Assembly: GCA_047285305.1 (NCBI GenBank)
Contig: JBJBDL010000003.1
Span: 448,001-512,000, forward strand
DNA: 64,000 bases
DNA from: Synechococcus sp.
GTDB taxonomy: Bacteria; Cyanobacteriota; Cyanobacteriia; PCC-6307; Cyanobiaceae
Direction of reading: 5' to 3'
Of the stretch, positions 49,989 to 59,217 are shown one piece after another; within the stretch, counting starts at the first letter, position 1; the number at the start of each line of letters is the position of its first letter. Below the pieces are notes generated by a model. The model was not told where the DNA came from. It ran no database searches and saw only the letters and a list, made by a program, of their open reading frames with translations. Made by a program: the position numbers and the translations under genes.

Positions 49989-51530
49989 TCAGGCGGTTTC
50001 GCCTTCGTGCAGGTCTGCGAAGGACCCCTTGGGCTCCTTCAGGAAGAAGAAGCAGAAGAAGGCCACGATCAGACCGGCCACGCCCAGGATCTGGAAGAAG
50101 GCACTGTTGGAAGCCGCGATCACCTCGGGGGTGGGTTCGCCGCCGCCGCCCATCCACATCGGCAGGAGGCTGAAGATGGTCAGGTAGGTCACAGCGCCAA
50201 CGTTGCCGTAGGCACCCACCAGGCCGGCCACCTGACCGGTGACGCGACGCTTCACCAGGGGCACCAGCGCGAAGGTGGCGCCTTCACCGGACTGCACGAA
50301 GAAGGAGGCGAGCATGGTGATCACCACGGCAACGGCGATGCCGGTGGTGCCGGTGAAGGTGCCGGGCTTGATCATGCTCATCACCAGGTAGCCCACGCCG
50401 AGACCGGCGGTGAGGAAGCCCATGGTGTTCTTGCGGCTGCCGACGCGGTCGGAGATCAGACCGCCAGCAGGACGGGCGACCAGGTTCACGAAAGCGAAGC
50501 AGGACGCCAGGATTCCGGCGGTGGCCTTCGGCAGATCGAAGGTGGTTTCAAAGAAGGTGGGCAGCATCGAAACCACGGCCAGTTCGGAGCCGAAGTTCAC
50601 GATGTAGGTGAGCTCGAGGATCGCCACCTGGCGGAACTCGTAGCGATCTTCCTTGGGATAAACCTTGTTGCCGAGGATCAGGTCGCGGTTGGTGCGGATG
50701 ATTCCCCAGGTCTGGAAGGCAAACCAGACTGCGACGGCGCCGAGGGCCAGGGGGTAGGTGCTTGCGGTGAGGAAGCCCACCTTGGACAGGCGCCAGCAGA
50801 GCACGCAGAGGATGGCTGCGAAGGGCACGTTCATGCCCAGCAGACCCCAGAAGTCGCGCATTGAGGTGACTTCCAGACCTGCGGTTTTCGCAGGGCGCTG
50901 ATACGTCTTGCCGGGGGGGGTGTCGGTGACGTTGAAGAAGTAGAAGCAGCCGTAAACGGCGGAGACGATGCCGGTCAGAGCGATCGCACCGCGCCAGTTC
51001 AGAACAGCACCGGTGGGCAGTTCGAAACCGCCGGAGAAGGAGAGGAAGCCAGCGAGGGCCACCATGCTGAGGGCGGAGAAGGCGGAGCCGAAGTTGCCCC
51101 AGCCGCCATAGATGCCTTCTGCCAGGCCGATTTCCTTGGGCGGGAACCACTCAGCCACCATGCGGATGCCGATCACGAAGCCGGCGCCAACGATGGAGAG
51201 CAGCAGACGGGCCACCACCAGCTGGTTGAAGTCCTGAGCGGACGCAAACAGCAGGCAGGGAATCGCCGAGAACACCAGGATCGAGGAGTAGGTGATCCGG
51301 GGTCCGAATTTGTCCAGCAGCATGCCGATCAGCACGCGCGCCGGAATGGTGAGGGCCACGTTGCAGATGGCCACTGTGCGGATCTGACCAACGGTCAGAC
51401 CCAGGTCCGCTTTCACGGTGGTGGCCAGAGGGGCCAGGTTGAACCAGACCACGAAGGTCAGGAAGAAGGCGATCCAGGTCAGGTGAAGGGTTCGGTACCT
51501 GCCCTGGAACGACCAAAGGTCGCCAAGCAT
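49989..51530 (-). CDS. nrtP: NarK/NRT2-type MFS nitrate/nitrite transporter (NrtP/NapA)
   Basis: TWIAFFLTFVVWF, GIYGGWGNFG, FGSELA, GLVGAYGNVG nitrate signatures. Confidence 0.95.
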   Translation of the reverse strand: MLGDLWSFQGRYRTLHLTWIAFFLTFVVWFNLAPLATTVKADLGLTVGQIRTVAICNVALTIPARVLIGMLLDKFGPRITYSSILVFSAIPCLLFASAQDFNQLVVARLLLSIVGAGFVIGIRMVAEWFPPKEIGLAEGIYGGWGNFGSAFSALSMVALAGFLSFSGGFELPTGAVLNWRGAIALTGIVSAVYGCFYFFNVTDTPPGKTYQRPAKTAGLEVTSMRDFWGLLGMNVPFAAILCVLCWRLSKVGFLTASTYPLALGAVAVWFAFQTWGIIRTNRDLILGNKVYPKEDRYEFRQVAILELTYIVNFGSELAVVSMLPTFFETTFDLPKATAGILASCFAFVNLVARPAGGLISDRVGSRKNTMGFLTAGLGVGYLVMSMIKPGTFTGTTGIAVAVVITMLASFFVQSGEGATFALVPLVKRRVTGQVAGLVGAYGNVGAVTYLTIFSLLPMWMGGGGEPTPEVIAASNSAFFQILGVAGLIVAFFCFFFLKEPKGSFADLHEGETA

Positions 51531-51548
51531 TGAGGAGAAGAGAAGGAA

Positions 51549-51610
51549 CCTCGGGCTTCAAAAGGAAAGGTGCCCGGGGATGGCAAAACGGTCGAAAAGA
51601 GAATCCGTTT
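51549..51610 (-). promoter_or_regulatory. Tandem bulged hairpins in the nrtP leader
   Basis: mRNA sense AAACGG[ATTC]TC-TTTTC-GA-CCGTTT (51586-51610) and CCCCGGGC[ACCT]TTC-CTTTT-GAA-GCCCGAGG (51549-51579). Confidence 0.55.
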
Positions 51611-51648
51611 AACCCGCGCAGTTAATCAATTCACCGACCCCTTGTTTG

Positions 51649-51757
51649 GTCGGATTGGTTACCGATTTGTGTTTTTGTGTTTCCAGGCAAACATCAATGG
51701 GGCTGATTGATCGGATCAGGTGATCTTGTGCCGCAGCGGTTTGGTAGCGGTTGCAAC
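51649..51757. promoter_or_regulatory. Two imperfect NtcA-like boxes in the nrtP/mobA divergent region
   Basis: GTC-GGATTGGT-TAC (51649-62) and GTA-GCGGTTGC-AAC (51744-57). Confidence 0.5.
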
Positions 51758-51804
51758 TTTTTTGGGTTGTTGGACTTTGCTGGTGCAGATTGTTGGTCGA
51801 CGAT

Positions 51805-52389
51805 GTGAATCAAGGCTTGCGGGTTTGTGTGCTCAGTGGCGGAAGCAGCCGTCGCATGGGGCGTGACAAGGCCCTCTTGCCGCACCCCTCCGGTGGTGTC
51901 TGGCTCACGGCCCTGGTTGACCAGCTGTTGCCGCTCGGTCATCCGGTGCAGGTGTTGAGTCGTCATCCCGTGCATGCAGAGCTGCTGGCCCACCAGCCCG
52001 GATGTTCCGTGGTGCTGGAGTCCCCTCCCTGGAATGGCCCCCTGCAGGCGCTGGCCAGGCTGTTGCCGTCTCAGCCTGGAGAGGCCTTGTTGGTGCTGCC
52101 GGTGGACATGCCGCGTTTGCGCACGGCCGTTGTCCAGCAGCTGATCGCAGCCTGGAATCGTGCCCCGGAGCAAGCAGCGGTGGCCCATGACGGGCAACGG
52201 CTGCAGCCGTTGCTGGCGGTGATCCCCTCCGGTTCTCCCTTCCGCTCCTGCCTTGATCAGCAACTGCAACGCGGAGAGTTGCGCTGGATGGATTGGTTGA
52301 CCTGCGTTCCCCATCAGGCGGTGCGCTTGCCTGCGGAGGCGTTGGTGAATGCCAACTGCCCCGAAGATCTGGCAGCTTTGGATGGATGA
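51805..52389 (+). CDS. mobA: Molybdenum cofactor guanylyltransferase
   Basis: VLSGGSSRRMGRDKALL, GPLQAL, PVDMP, NANCPED. Confidence 0.92.
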   Translation: MNQGLRVCVLSGGSSRRMGRDKALLPHPSGGVWLTALVDQLLPLGHPVQVLSRHPVHAELLAHQPGCSVVLESPPWNGPLQALARLLPSQPGEALLVLPVDMPRLRTAVVQQLIAAWNRAPEQAAVAHDGQRLQPLLAVIPSGSPFRSCLDQQLQRGELRWMDWLTCVPHQAVRLPAEALVNANCPEDLAALDG

Positions 52390-53429
52390 GCACGTCGCTG
52401 CCGCTTGCAGACCGCCTCAACCGGCCCATCGGGGTGCTGCGGTTGTCGCTCACGGCCCGCTGCAATCTCGCCTGTCCGTACTGCTGTCCGGATGTGGAGG
52501 AGCCCCCTGGCCTGCTCACCCTTGAGCAGCAGATTCGCGTGATTCGTGTGGCCACGCGCCTGGGGGCACAAACGTTGCGGCTCACCGGTGGAGAGCCGTT
52601 GTTGAGCCGGCGTTTGTTGCCTTTGCTGGAGGCGGTGGCTCAGGCCCGGCGGGATCGTTCGGATCCGATGGCCGGTTTGCAGGCCGTGGCGCTCACCAGC
52701 AACGGGGTGCTGTTGTCGGAACCGATGGCGCGGGCGTTGCGTGCCGCAGGGCTGGATCGCATCACCATCAGCCTGGATGCGGCGGAAGGGGAAGCAGCGG
52801 CGCGCATGGCTGGCCTCCAGGGTGGTGCCGTGGCTGGTGAACGCCTGGTGCGCCAGGTGCAGGACGGCATTGCGGCGGCCTGCGCCGCTGGCTTTGACCC
52901 CTCACGCGGTGAGCTCAAACTCAATGCCGTGATCCAACGGGGGATCAATGACGATCAGCTGTTGCCTTTGGCCGCTTTGGCGCGGCAGCAAGGGATGGAG
53001 CTGCGTTTGATCGAATACATGGATGTGGGCAACCGCAATCAGTGGACGCTGGATCAGGTGCTGCCGGCGGCGCAGATGGTGGAGCGCATTCATGCCCGTT
53101 GGCCTCTTGAACCGCTGGGTCGACCGCGAGGTGGGACGGCCCGGCGTTGGCGCTATGGCGATGGCGCCGGATCCATCGGTGTGATCGCCTCCATCAGTGA
53201 GCCGTTCTGCGGGGATTGCAACCGCTTGCGTGTCACCGCCGATGGGCAGGCGTTCACCTGCCTGTTCTCCGCTGAAGGCACCGATCTCAAGCCCGCGCTC
53301 GCGTCGGAGCTTCAGCTTGAGCAGGCCATGCGCCAGCTCTGGCAGCGGCGCCAAGACCGCTACAGCGAGGAGCGTGATCCAGGTGCCGCTGCGTCAACCC
53401 ATGCGGAAATGGCGTATCTGGGGGGCTGA
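52386..53429 (+). CDS. moaA: GTP 3',8-cyclase (radical SAM)
   Basis: CNLACPYC, RLTGGEP, FCGDCNRLR...C, C-terminal GG; ATGA overlap with mobA. Confidence 0.96.
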   Translation: MSTSLPLADRLNRPIGVLRLSLTARCNLACPYCCPDVEEPPGLLTLEQQIRVIRVATRLGAQTLRLTGGEPLLSRRLLPLLEAVAQARRDRSDPMAGLQAVALTSNGVLLSEPMARALRAAGLDRITISLDAAEGEAAARMAGLQGGAVAGERLVRQVQDGIAAACAAGFDPSRGELKLNAVIQRGINDDQLLPLAALARQQGMELRLIEYMDVGNRNQWTLDQVLPAAQMVERIHARWPLEPLGRPRGGTARRWRYGDGAGSIGVIASISEPFCGDCNRLRVTADGQAFTCLFSAEGTDLKPALASELQLEQAMRQLWQRRQDRYSEERDPGAAASTHAEMAYLGG

Positions 53430-53508
53430 ACCGTCGTGATCGTCACCGTTTTTGCGTGATGCCCTCGGTACAACGGGGCAGCTGAAGGATCCCTCAGGAT
53501 CCATCGAC

Positions 53509-54000
53509 ATGTTTGAACTGCTGGCCTACGAGCGCTTCCGCGACACCCCGTCGGTTCGTTTTTTCGACGTCACCGTGGACACCTCGAACGCGCGCGACCT
53601 GGTGATTCACAGCGGCCCGGCTGTGTCGCCCCCCAACGACCCGCAGAGCGGAGCGTGGCAGTTCTATCTGCATCCTCATCAGGAAGACAATCTGCTCGCG
53701 GCCAGTGGCGGCAGAACCTTCTTCCTGGTGAACCTGGCCTGGGAACAGCCGTTCCACATCGTTCGGCTCGAGAGCGGTGGTGACATCCTTCGTATCCCTC
53801 CTGGCACCTTCCACCGTTCGATCTCCGATCCCGATGGTTCCGTCGTTCTGAACCAGGCGGTTCGTGAGGAGGGCGCTTCTCTGGTACGGGAATTCCGCGT
53901 CTACAACAGCGCCAAGATCCCGGCCTTGATGGCAGCCACCCACAGCTCGGCGCCGAAGCCCCAGTTGCACGGGGTGGAACCGTTGCTTCAGGCGGCCTGA
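53509..54000 (+). CDS. Cupin-fold hypothetical protein
   Basis: FYLHPHQED (HxH) and IPPGTFHR cupin motifs; ATG 53509. Confidence 0.75.
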   Translation: MFELLAYERFRDTPSVRFFDVTVDTSNARDLVIHSGPAVSPPNDPQSGAWQFYLHPHQEDNLLAASGGRTFFLVNLAWEQPFHIVRLESGGDILRIPPGTFHRSISDPDGSVVLNQAVREEGASLVREFRVYNSAKIPALMAATHSSAPKPQLHGVEPLLQAA

Positions 54001-54887
54001 ACCAGGTTGCCTGAGGAGGTTTCCGTTGCGGAGGCTTCCTCGGTGATCTGAATCTGCCAGTTCAGTTCACTGTGTGTTCCTGGGGGGCCGCTGAAGCTGC
54101 CGCTCACGGCTGCGGTGAGTTCTGGCTTAGAGGAGGTGGCTAGCACCACATAGCGCTCGTTCACTTCCATCCCGGCACTGGGATCAAAGCCCCGCCAGCC
54201 CGCTCCCGGGAGGTAAACCTCCGCCCAGGCATGCAGGTCGTATTCCTTCGGGGGAGGTTGGTGCAGTTGATAGCCGCTCACAAATCGGGCCGGAAGACCC
54301 ACCACGCGGCAGCAGGCAACCATGAGCATGGCCAGATCACGGCACGAGCCGATCCGCTCGCGCAGGGTTCGGCCCGCTGGCCAGGCGGGTCCTATGTGGC
54401 GTTGGGTGTATTTCACCCGCTCTTGAATTAGTTCAATCAGTTGCTTCAGAAAGGCCAGGGTTTGCTGGTTGCTGCCCATCAGGGCTTCTTGTGTGAGATC
54501 GATTGCTGCGGGTTCGTGCTGACCATTGGGCAACCAGCCCTCCAGGGCTCCCTGTAGGTCGCTGTTGAGTTGGCCTCGCGGGTACGGAAGGGGTGGTTCC
54601 AGTCCGTTGAAGCAGCTTTCCAGCGTTGGTGCCGATCGGGTCTCCACCAGGCTGCGGGCTTCAAAGACCAATTCATCGGTGCTGCCGAGAAAACGGAGCC
54701 GTTGGATTTCGTCGCCGCTGGCGGCCACCAGCTCCCGACGTTGCTCCGGTTCCGGCAGAACATTGAGCTGATGCTCCAGCAGGGTCTGAAACCCCTGCCC
54801 CCGAGGCCTCAGACAAAGGCGATGTTCCCCGAGGAAAACCGGGGCGTCATACCGATACGTCAGGCGGTGAACGATGAGAGCGCGCAT
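53988..54887 (-). CDS. Transglutaminase-like protein with bacterial N-terminal domain
   Basis: HRLTYRYDAPV N-terminal domain; GSCRDLA, ARFVSGY, HAWAEVY, GFDP (Cys-His-Asp triad). Confidence 0.92.
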   Translation of the reverse strand: MRALIVHRLTYRYDAPVFLGEHRLCLRPRGQGFQTLLEHQLNVLPEPEQRRELVAASGDEIQRLRFLGSTDELVFEARSLVETRSAPTLESCFNGLEPPLPYPRGQLNSDLQGALEGWLPNGQHEPAAIDLTQEALMGSNQQTLAFLKQLIELIQERVKYTQRHIGPAWPAGRTLRERIGSCRDLAMLMVACCRVVGLPARFVSGYQLHQPPPKEYDLHAWAEVYLPGAGWRGFDPSAGMEVNERYVVLATSSKPELTAAVSGSFSGPPGTHSELNWQIQITEEASATETSSGNLVQAA

Positions 54888-55855
54888 GCGGGATCGGTGG
54901 AGGTGGAACGGAGGTCGGCGCTCGTGAAGTAGCGCGTCTGGATCAGGCTGTGGAGTTGGTTGAGGTCCTGCTGAAGCTGGTCAATGGCTTCATGCAGACC
55001 TGCTTCGATCAGGTTGTCGATCCGCACATAGCTCCAGCGGGCCAGGAGCTGTCCGCGCAAGCAGTCGAGGTCATCCGGCGTGTCTTGGCTCGGGTGCTGC
55101 TGGATCTGTTGCAAGGTGTCGCTGATGCCTTGGAGGCAGTACCGCACCGACCGAGGAAAGATGGGGTCCAGTAGCAAAAAGCGGGCCACGGAGGCAGGGC
55201 TGATCGCGTGCTGCCTGCTCTGGCGGTACATCTGATAAGCGCCCGCTGTGCGCAGCAGGGTGATCCACTGCAGTTCATCCAGGACGCCGCCAACCTCCTC
55301 AGGGGAGGGCAGCAGCAGGAAATACTTAACGTCGAGGATGCGGGAGGTTTTGTCGGCGCGTTCGATCAAACGTCCCAGCTGACTGAACAGCCAGCTCAGA
55401 TCGCGGCTCAGGGTCGTGTCGGTGATCCCGTAAACGAGCTGGCAGCCGCGGCGGATGATCCGCAGTTGCTCCTGCACTGGTTCCCTCCAGATGTCTTCGT
55501 CGTCCTGCAGGCTCCAGTGCAGATCATTGATCTGCTCCCACATCTCCGTGGTGATCACATCCCTGATCTGCCGTGCGTTCTCCCGGGCCATCGCAATGCA
55601 GCTCACGATGCTGTTGGGATTGCTTCGGTCCAGCAGCAGGAAGCGCACTACCTGTTTGGGCGTGGCATCGGGATAGGTCGTATCGAAGCGGTGGCGATCC
55701 CCCGTCACCTCCACCAGCGGCAGCCACGGTTCGGCGCTGCCCGGAGGACAGTCCAGTGCCATTGCTTCACTCACCTCCAAAAAGCGCGAGATGTTTTCGG
55801 CGCGTTCCAGATAGCGGTTGATCCAATAGAGCGAATCGGCAACGCGGCTCAGCAC
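54860..55855 (-). CDS. Alpha-E domain protein (DUF403)
   Basis: MLSRVADSLYWINRYLERAE, ARENARQIR, GRLIERAD, FPRSV (ER motifs). Confidence 0.92.
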   Translation of the reverse strand: MLSRVADSLYWINRYLERAENISRFLEVSEAMALDCPPGSAEPWLPLVEVTGDRHRFDTTYPDATPKQVVRFLLLDRSNPNSIVSCIAMARENARQIRDVITTEMWEQINDLHWSLQDDEDIWREPVQEQLRIIRRGCQLVYGITDTTLSRDLSWLFSQLGRLIERADKTSRILDVKYFLLLPSPEEVGGVLDELQWITLLRTAGAYQMYRQSRQHAISPASVARFLLLDPIFPRSVRYCLQGISDTLQQIQQHPSQDTPDDLDCLRGQLLARWSYVRIDNLIEAGLHEAIDQLQQDLNQLHSLIQTRYFTSADLRSTSTDPACALSSFTA

Positions 55856-57324
55856 GGCACAGTCTCCTGGGGTTGTGGTGACGCCATCCGTTGGTCGTCG
55901 ACGATCCAGGTGTCCTTGCAGCCGCCGCCCTGGGACGAATTCACTACCAGCGAGCCCCGCTTGAGGGCCACGCGCGTCAGCCCCCCTGGACTCACCCAGC
56001 TGCTTGCGCCGCGCAGCACATAGGGGCGCAGATCAACGTGGCATGGGTAGAGCTCACCGTCACTGAGGGACGGCACGGTGGAGAGTTGCAGCGTGGGCTG
56101 CGCGATGAAGTTGCGGGGATTCGCACGGATCTTCGTGTCGAAGTCCGCCAGCTCCGATCGGCTGGCCTGGGGGCCGATCAGCATTCCGTAGCCTCCGGCT
56201 TCCGCTACCGACTTAACCACCAGCTGCTCGAGGTGTTCGAGCACGTAGCGCCGGTCGTCCGGTCTGGCACAGAGATAGGTGGGAACATTCTCGATGATCG
56301 GCTCCTCATCGAGGTAGTAGCCGATCATTGCCGGCACGTGGGCGTAGATCAGCTTGTCGTCGGCGACGCCGGTGCCAGGGGCGTTGGCGATGGCGACCCG
56401 TCCTTGCCGCAGCACGTCGATGAGGCCCGGCACCCCCAGGATCGATTCCTTGCGGAACACGGTGGGATCGAGAAAATCGTCGTCGATCCGGCGGTAGATC
56501 ACATCCACGGGCTTAAGGCCGTTGGTGCTGCGCATCCACACCCGGCCGTCTTCGCACACCAGATCGCGCCCCTCCACCAGGTGAATTCCCATTTCTTGGG
56601 CCAGGTAGCTGTGTTCGAAATAGGCGCTGTTGAAGACCCCGGGCGTCAGGATCGCCACGCGGGGCGTGTCACTGCAGGGCGCTAGGTCTTGAAGGGTGCG
56701 CAGCAGATGGGAGGGATAGTCGTCGATCGGTTGAACGGCACGCCCCTCAAACAGGCCAGAGAACAACCGCTTCATCACCCGACGGTTCTCGAGGAAATAG
56801 GCCACACCGGATGGACACCGCAGGTTGTCTTCCAGCACCCGCCAGGTGCCATTGCCGTCGCGGATCAGGTCGAGCCCGGAGATGTGGCACCAGCGGTTGA
56901 GGGGCAGGCTGATGCCCTGCATCTGAGGTCGCCAACCGGAGGAACTTTCAACGTCTTCCCGTGGGATCACACCGTCGTTGAGGATCTGCTGGGGGCCATA
57001 GATGTCGGCGAGGAAGCAGTCGATGGCTTCCAGGCGTTGCAGCAGTCCCCGCTCCAGAGTCATCCAATCGCTGCGGCCGATTAGCCGAGGCAAGGGATCG
57101 AAGGGGAGGATTCGTTCGCTGCCTTTGAGGCCGGAATCGTTCAGGCGGAAGGTGGCGCCGAGGCGACGCAGCAGCTGGCTGGCTGAGGCATGGCTGCGGT
57201 TGAGCTCGGGCAATCCCATCTGCCCCAGTGATGCGAGTAGTGGGGCCAGATCGGCGCGTGGCCTGGCCGTTTCACCGCAGAAATATTCGTCGAAGCCGAC
57301 CGTTGGTTTGTAGTCGGTGAACAT
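55849..57324 (-). CDS. Circularly permuted type 2 ATP-grasp protein
   Basis: PFDPLPR, VLEDNLRCPSG, NSAYFEHSYLA, VIYRRIDD, DLRPY, PGGLTRVAL, VVNSSQGGGCKDTW; ATG 57324. Confidence 0.93.
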   Translation of the reverse strand: MFTDYKPTVGFDEYFCGETARPRADLAPLLASLGQMGLPELNRSHASASQLLRRLGATFRLNDSGLKGSERILPFDPLPRLIGRSDWMTLERGLLQRLEAIDCFLADIYGPQQILNDGVIPREDVESSSGWRPQMQGISLPLNRWCHISGLDLIRDGNGTWRVLEDNLRCPSGVAYFLENRRVMKRLFSGLFEGRAVQPIDDYPSHLLRTLQDLAPCSDTPRVAILTPGVFNSAYFEHSYLAQEMGIHLVEGRDLVCEDGRVWMRSTNGLKPVDVIYRRIDDDFLDPTVFRKESILGVPGLIDVLRQGRVAIANAPGTGVADDKLIYAHVPAMIGYYLDEEPIIENVPTYLCARPDDRRYVLEHLEQLVVKSVAEAGGYGMLIGPQASRSELADFDTKIRANPRNFIAQPTLQLSTVPSLSDGELYPCHVDLRPYVLRGASSWVSPGGLTRVALKRGSLVVNSSQGGGCKDTWIVDDQRMASPQPQETVPC

Positions 57325-57375
57325 TCTGATCGCACAAGCCAGGTGTATCCAAGGCGTCGCCCCACTCCACTTCGG

Positions 57376-57390
57376 GTGGTGGTTGCTACA
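57376..57390. promoter_or_regulatory. NtcA-like box in the ATP-grasp / SSS divergent promoter
   Basis: GTG-GTGGTTGC-TACA, one mismatch. Confidence 0.5.
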
Positions 57391-57525
57391 CATTCCGCAA
57401 TTTCAGGCGATCAGCGTTTGATCAACTGTTGTTTGGGTATCCGAAGGCACCTGAATGGAGGGCACAGGGCCAGGGCTTTTTGCCTTCTTTGCTTATCTGT
57501 TTCTGGAGTTCAAACGCTCTTCGCC

Positions 57526-57651
57526 TTGGATGAATTGCTATGGGCGCGTCTGATCTTTGCCCTTGGTGCCGTTGTGACAGCGGCGACGGTGGTGATGATT
57601 CTGCGCGGACACATTTATTGGAACCGCAGGGGGTCGACGGATGTCCGCTGA
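57526..57651 (+). CDS. 41-aa single-TM protein upstream of the SSS transporter
   Basis: TTG start; MDELLWARLIFALGAVVTAATVVMILRGHIYWNRRGSTDVR; overlaps the SSS start. Confidence 0.7.
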   Translation: MDELLWARLIFALGAVVTAATVVMILRGHIYWNRRGSTDVR

Positions 57652-59071
57652 TTCGGTTCCCTTTCTTCAGCCCGGGATCGCTTGGGCGTTGGTGGTGCTG
57701 TTCTCTGTTCTGTGGGTGGCGCTGGGGATTGCCTGGGGCCGGCGCGGTCGAGGCAATGCCGACGACTACATGCTGGCGGGGCGCAACATAGGGCTGGCCC
57801 TGAGTACTGCCACGTTGATGGCCTCCTGGGTCACCGGCAACACCACCCTGCTCGCCCCTGAATTCGGCTACAAAACCGGCCTATGGGGCATGTTCAGCTA
57901 TGCCCTGGCCGGCCTTGGCCTGATTCTGTTCGCCCCTCTGGCCTCGCGGATCAAGCAGTTGATGCCCAACGGGCGCACCAGCGGCGACTTCATTCGCCTG
58001 CGCTATGGGCGTCTGGCCTGGTGGGTGTTCATGCTGATCACCGCGATCTACACCCTGGGCTTTCTAATGACCCAGGCGATGGGTGCTGGACTGCTGCTGC
58101 AGGCGCTTTCAGGCTTTGACTACCACGTGGGAATGGTTGTGGTGATTGGTGTCGCCACCGTCTACACCCTGTTTGGCGGAATGCGGGCTGTGATCGGCAC
58201 CGATTTCATTCAGTCGCTGTTGATCATGGTTTTGCTTGCGGTGGTGGCGGTGCTCGCCTTCCGTCAATTCCCGATGCCTGAGGTGCATGCCTCCTTGCTG
58301 GCCCGGCATCCCGATCGGCTTGATCTTCTGCTCCCGGCGGGCTTATTGATCGCCTGGAATTCCGCCCTCTTTTCGATGGGCGAGGTGTTTCACAACAACA
58401 TCTGGTGGTCCCGGGTCTTCGCCAGCCGGCGCTCGGTCGTGATGACGTCATTCGTGTTGGGGGGAATTGCCTGGATGAGCGTGCCGATGGTGACGGGCTC
58501 AATCGGACTGGTGGCCTTGGCCCGTGAGTTGCCTCTCGAGCAGGTGAACATGGTGTTTCCCGTGATGGCAGCCGATCTGCTCGGTGCGGGGGGCGCGGCC
58601 TTGGTGTTTGTGGTGGTGTTTGCCTCGCTCACCTCCACCCTCGACTCGCTGCTGGCATCCACCGCCGATTTGTTGGCGGAGGATGTGTACTTCCGCATGT
58701 TGCGGCCTCAGGCCAGCGACCTGCAGCTCAAGCAGGCGGCGCGGCTGATGGTGGTGGGATTGGCCGTCGTCACCCTGGCGCTGTCCTGGCCGCGGCTGGA
58801 TTCGCTGGCGTCGGTGCTGTTCTTCACCGGTGCCCTGGTGGCCTCCACGGTCTGGCCTGTTGCCTGCGGTTTGTACTGGCGCACGGCCAACCGCACGGCT
58901 GCCATTGCGGCCATGCTTGCCGGCAGCGTTGTAGGTCTGCTCGCCTATGTGCTGATCGCGCCCTATTGCGCTGCTGTGTTTTCGGCGGCTGTGTCGGCGA
59001 TTGTGATGCTGATGGGCAGTCGGATCTGGCCGGAACGCTTTGACTTCACCTTGCTGCAGGAGGAGGGATGA
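57641..59071 (+). CDS. Sodium:solute symporter family (Dur3/PutP-like) transporter
   Basis: DYMLAGRNIG, ASWVTG, FIRLRYG, YTLFGGMRAVIGTDFIQ, STLDSLL; roughly 13 TM segments. Confidence 0.92.
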   Translation: MSADSVPFLQPGIAWALVVLFSVLWVALGIAWGRRGRGNADDYMLAGRNIGLALSTATLMASWVTGNTTLLAPEFGYKTGLWGMFSYALAGLGLILFAPLASRIKQLMPNGRTSGDFIRLRYGRLAWWVFMLITAIYTLGFLMTQAMGAGLLLQALSGFDYHVGMVVVIGVATVYTLFGGMRAVIGTDFIQSLLIMVLLAVVAVLAFRQFPMPEVHASLLARHPDRLDLLLPAGLLIAWNSALFSMGEVFHNNIWWSRVFASRRSVVMTSFVLGGIAWMSVPMVTGSIGLVALARELPLEQVNMVFPVMAADLLGAGGAALVFVVVFASLTSTLDSLLASTADLLAEDVYFRMLRPQASDLQLKQAARLMVVGLAVVTLALSWPRLDSLASVLFFTGALVASTVWPVACGLYWRTANRTAAIAAMLAGSVVGLLAYVLIAPYCAAVFSAAVSAIVMLMGSRIWPERFDFTLLQEEG

Positions 59072-59217
59072 TCCAAACGCTTCCTTTGATGGCTGGCCTC
59101 GTTGGTCTGTCTGGCTTTCAGTTTTTGCTGGTGGCCAGTCAGTTCGCTCTGGTGCTGTCGGTGCTCGTGCTGCTGCTGATTTGGTGGGTGGAGTGGCGCA
59201 ATGGGCGGGTTTGGTGA
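59068..59217 (+). CDS. 49-aa single-TM protein downstream of the SSS transporter
   Basis: AGGAGG RBS and ATGA overlap; MIQTLPLMAGLVGLSGFQFLLVASQFALVLSVLVLLLIWWVEWRNGRVW; missed by the ORF track. Confidence 0.8.
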   Translation: MIQTLPLMAGLVGLSGFQFLLVASQFALVLSVLVLLLIWWVEWRNGRVW

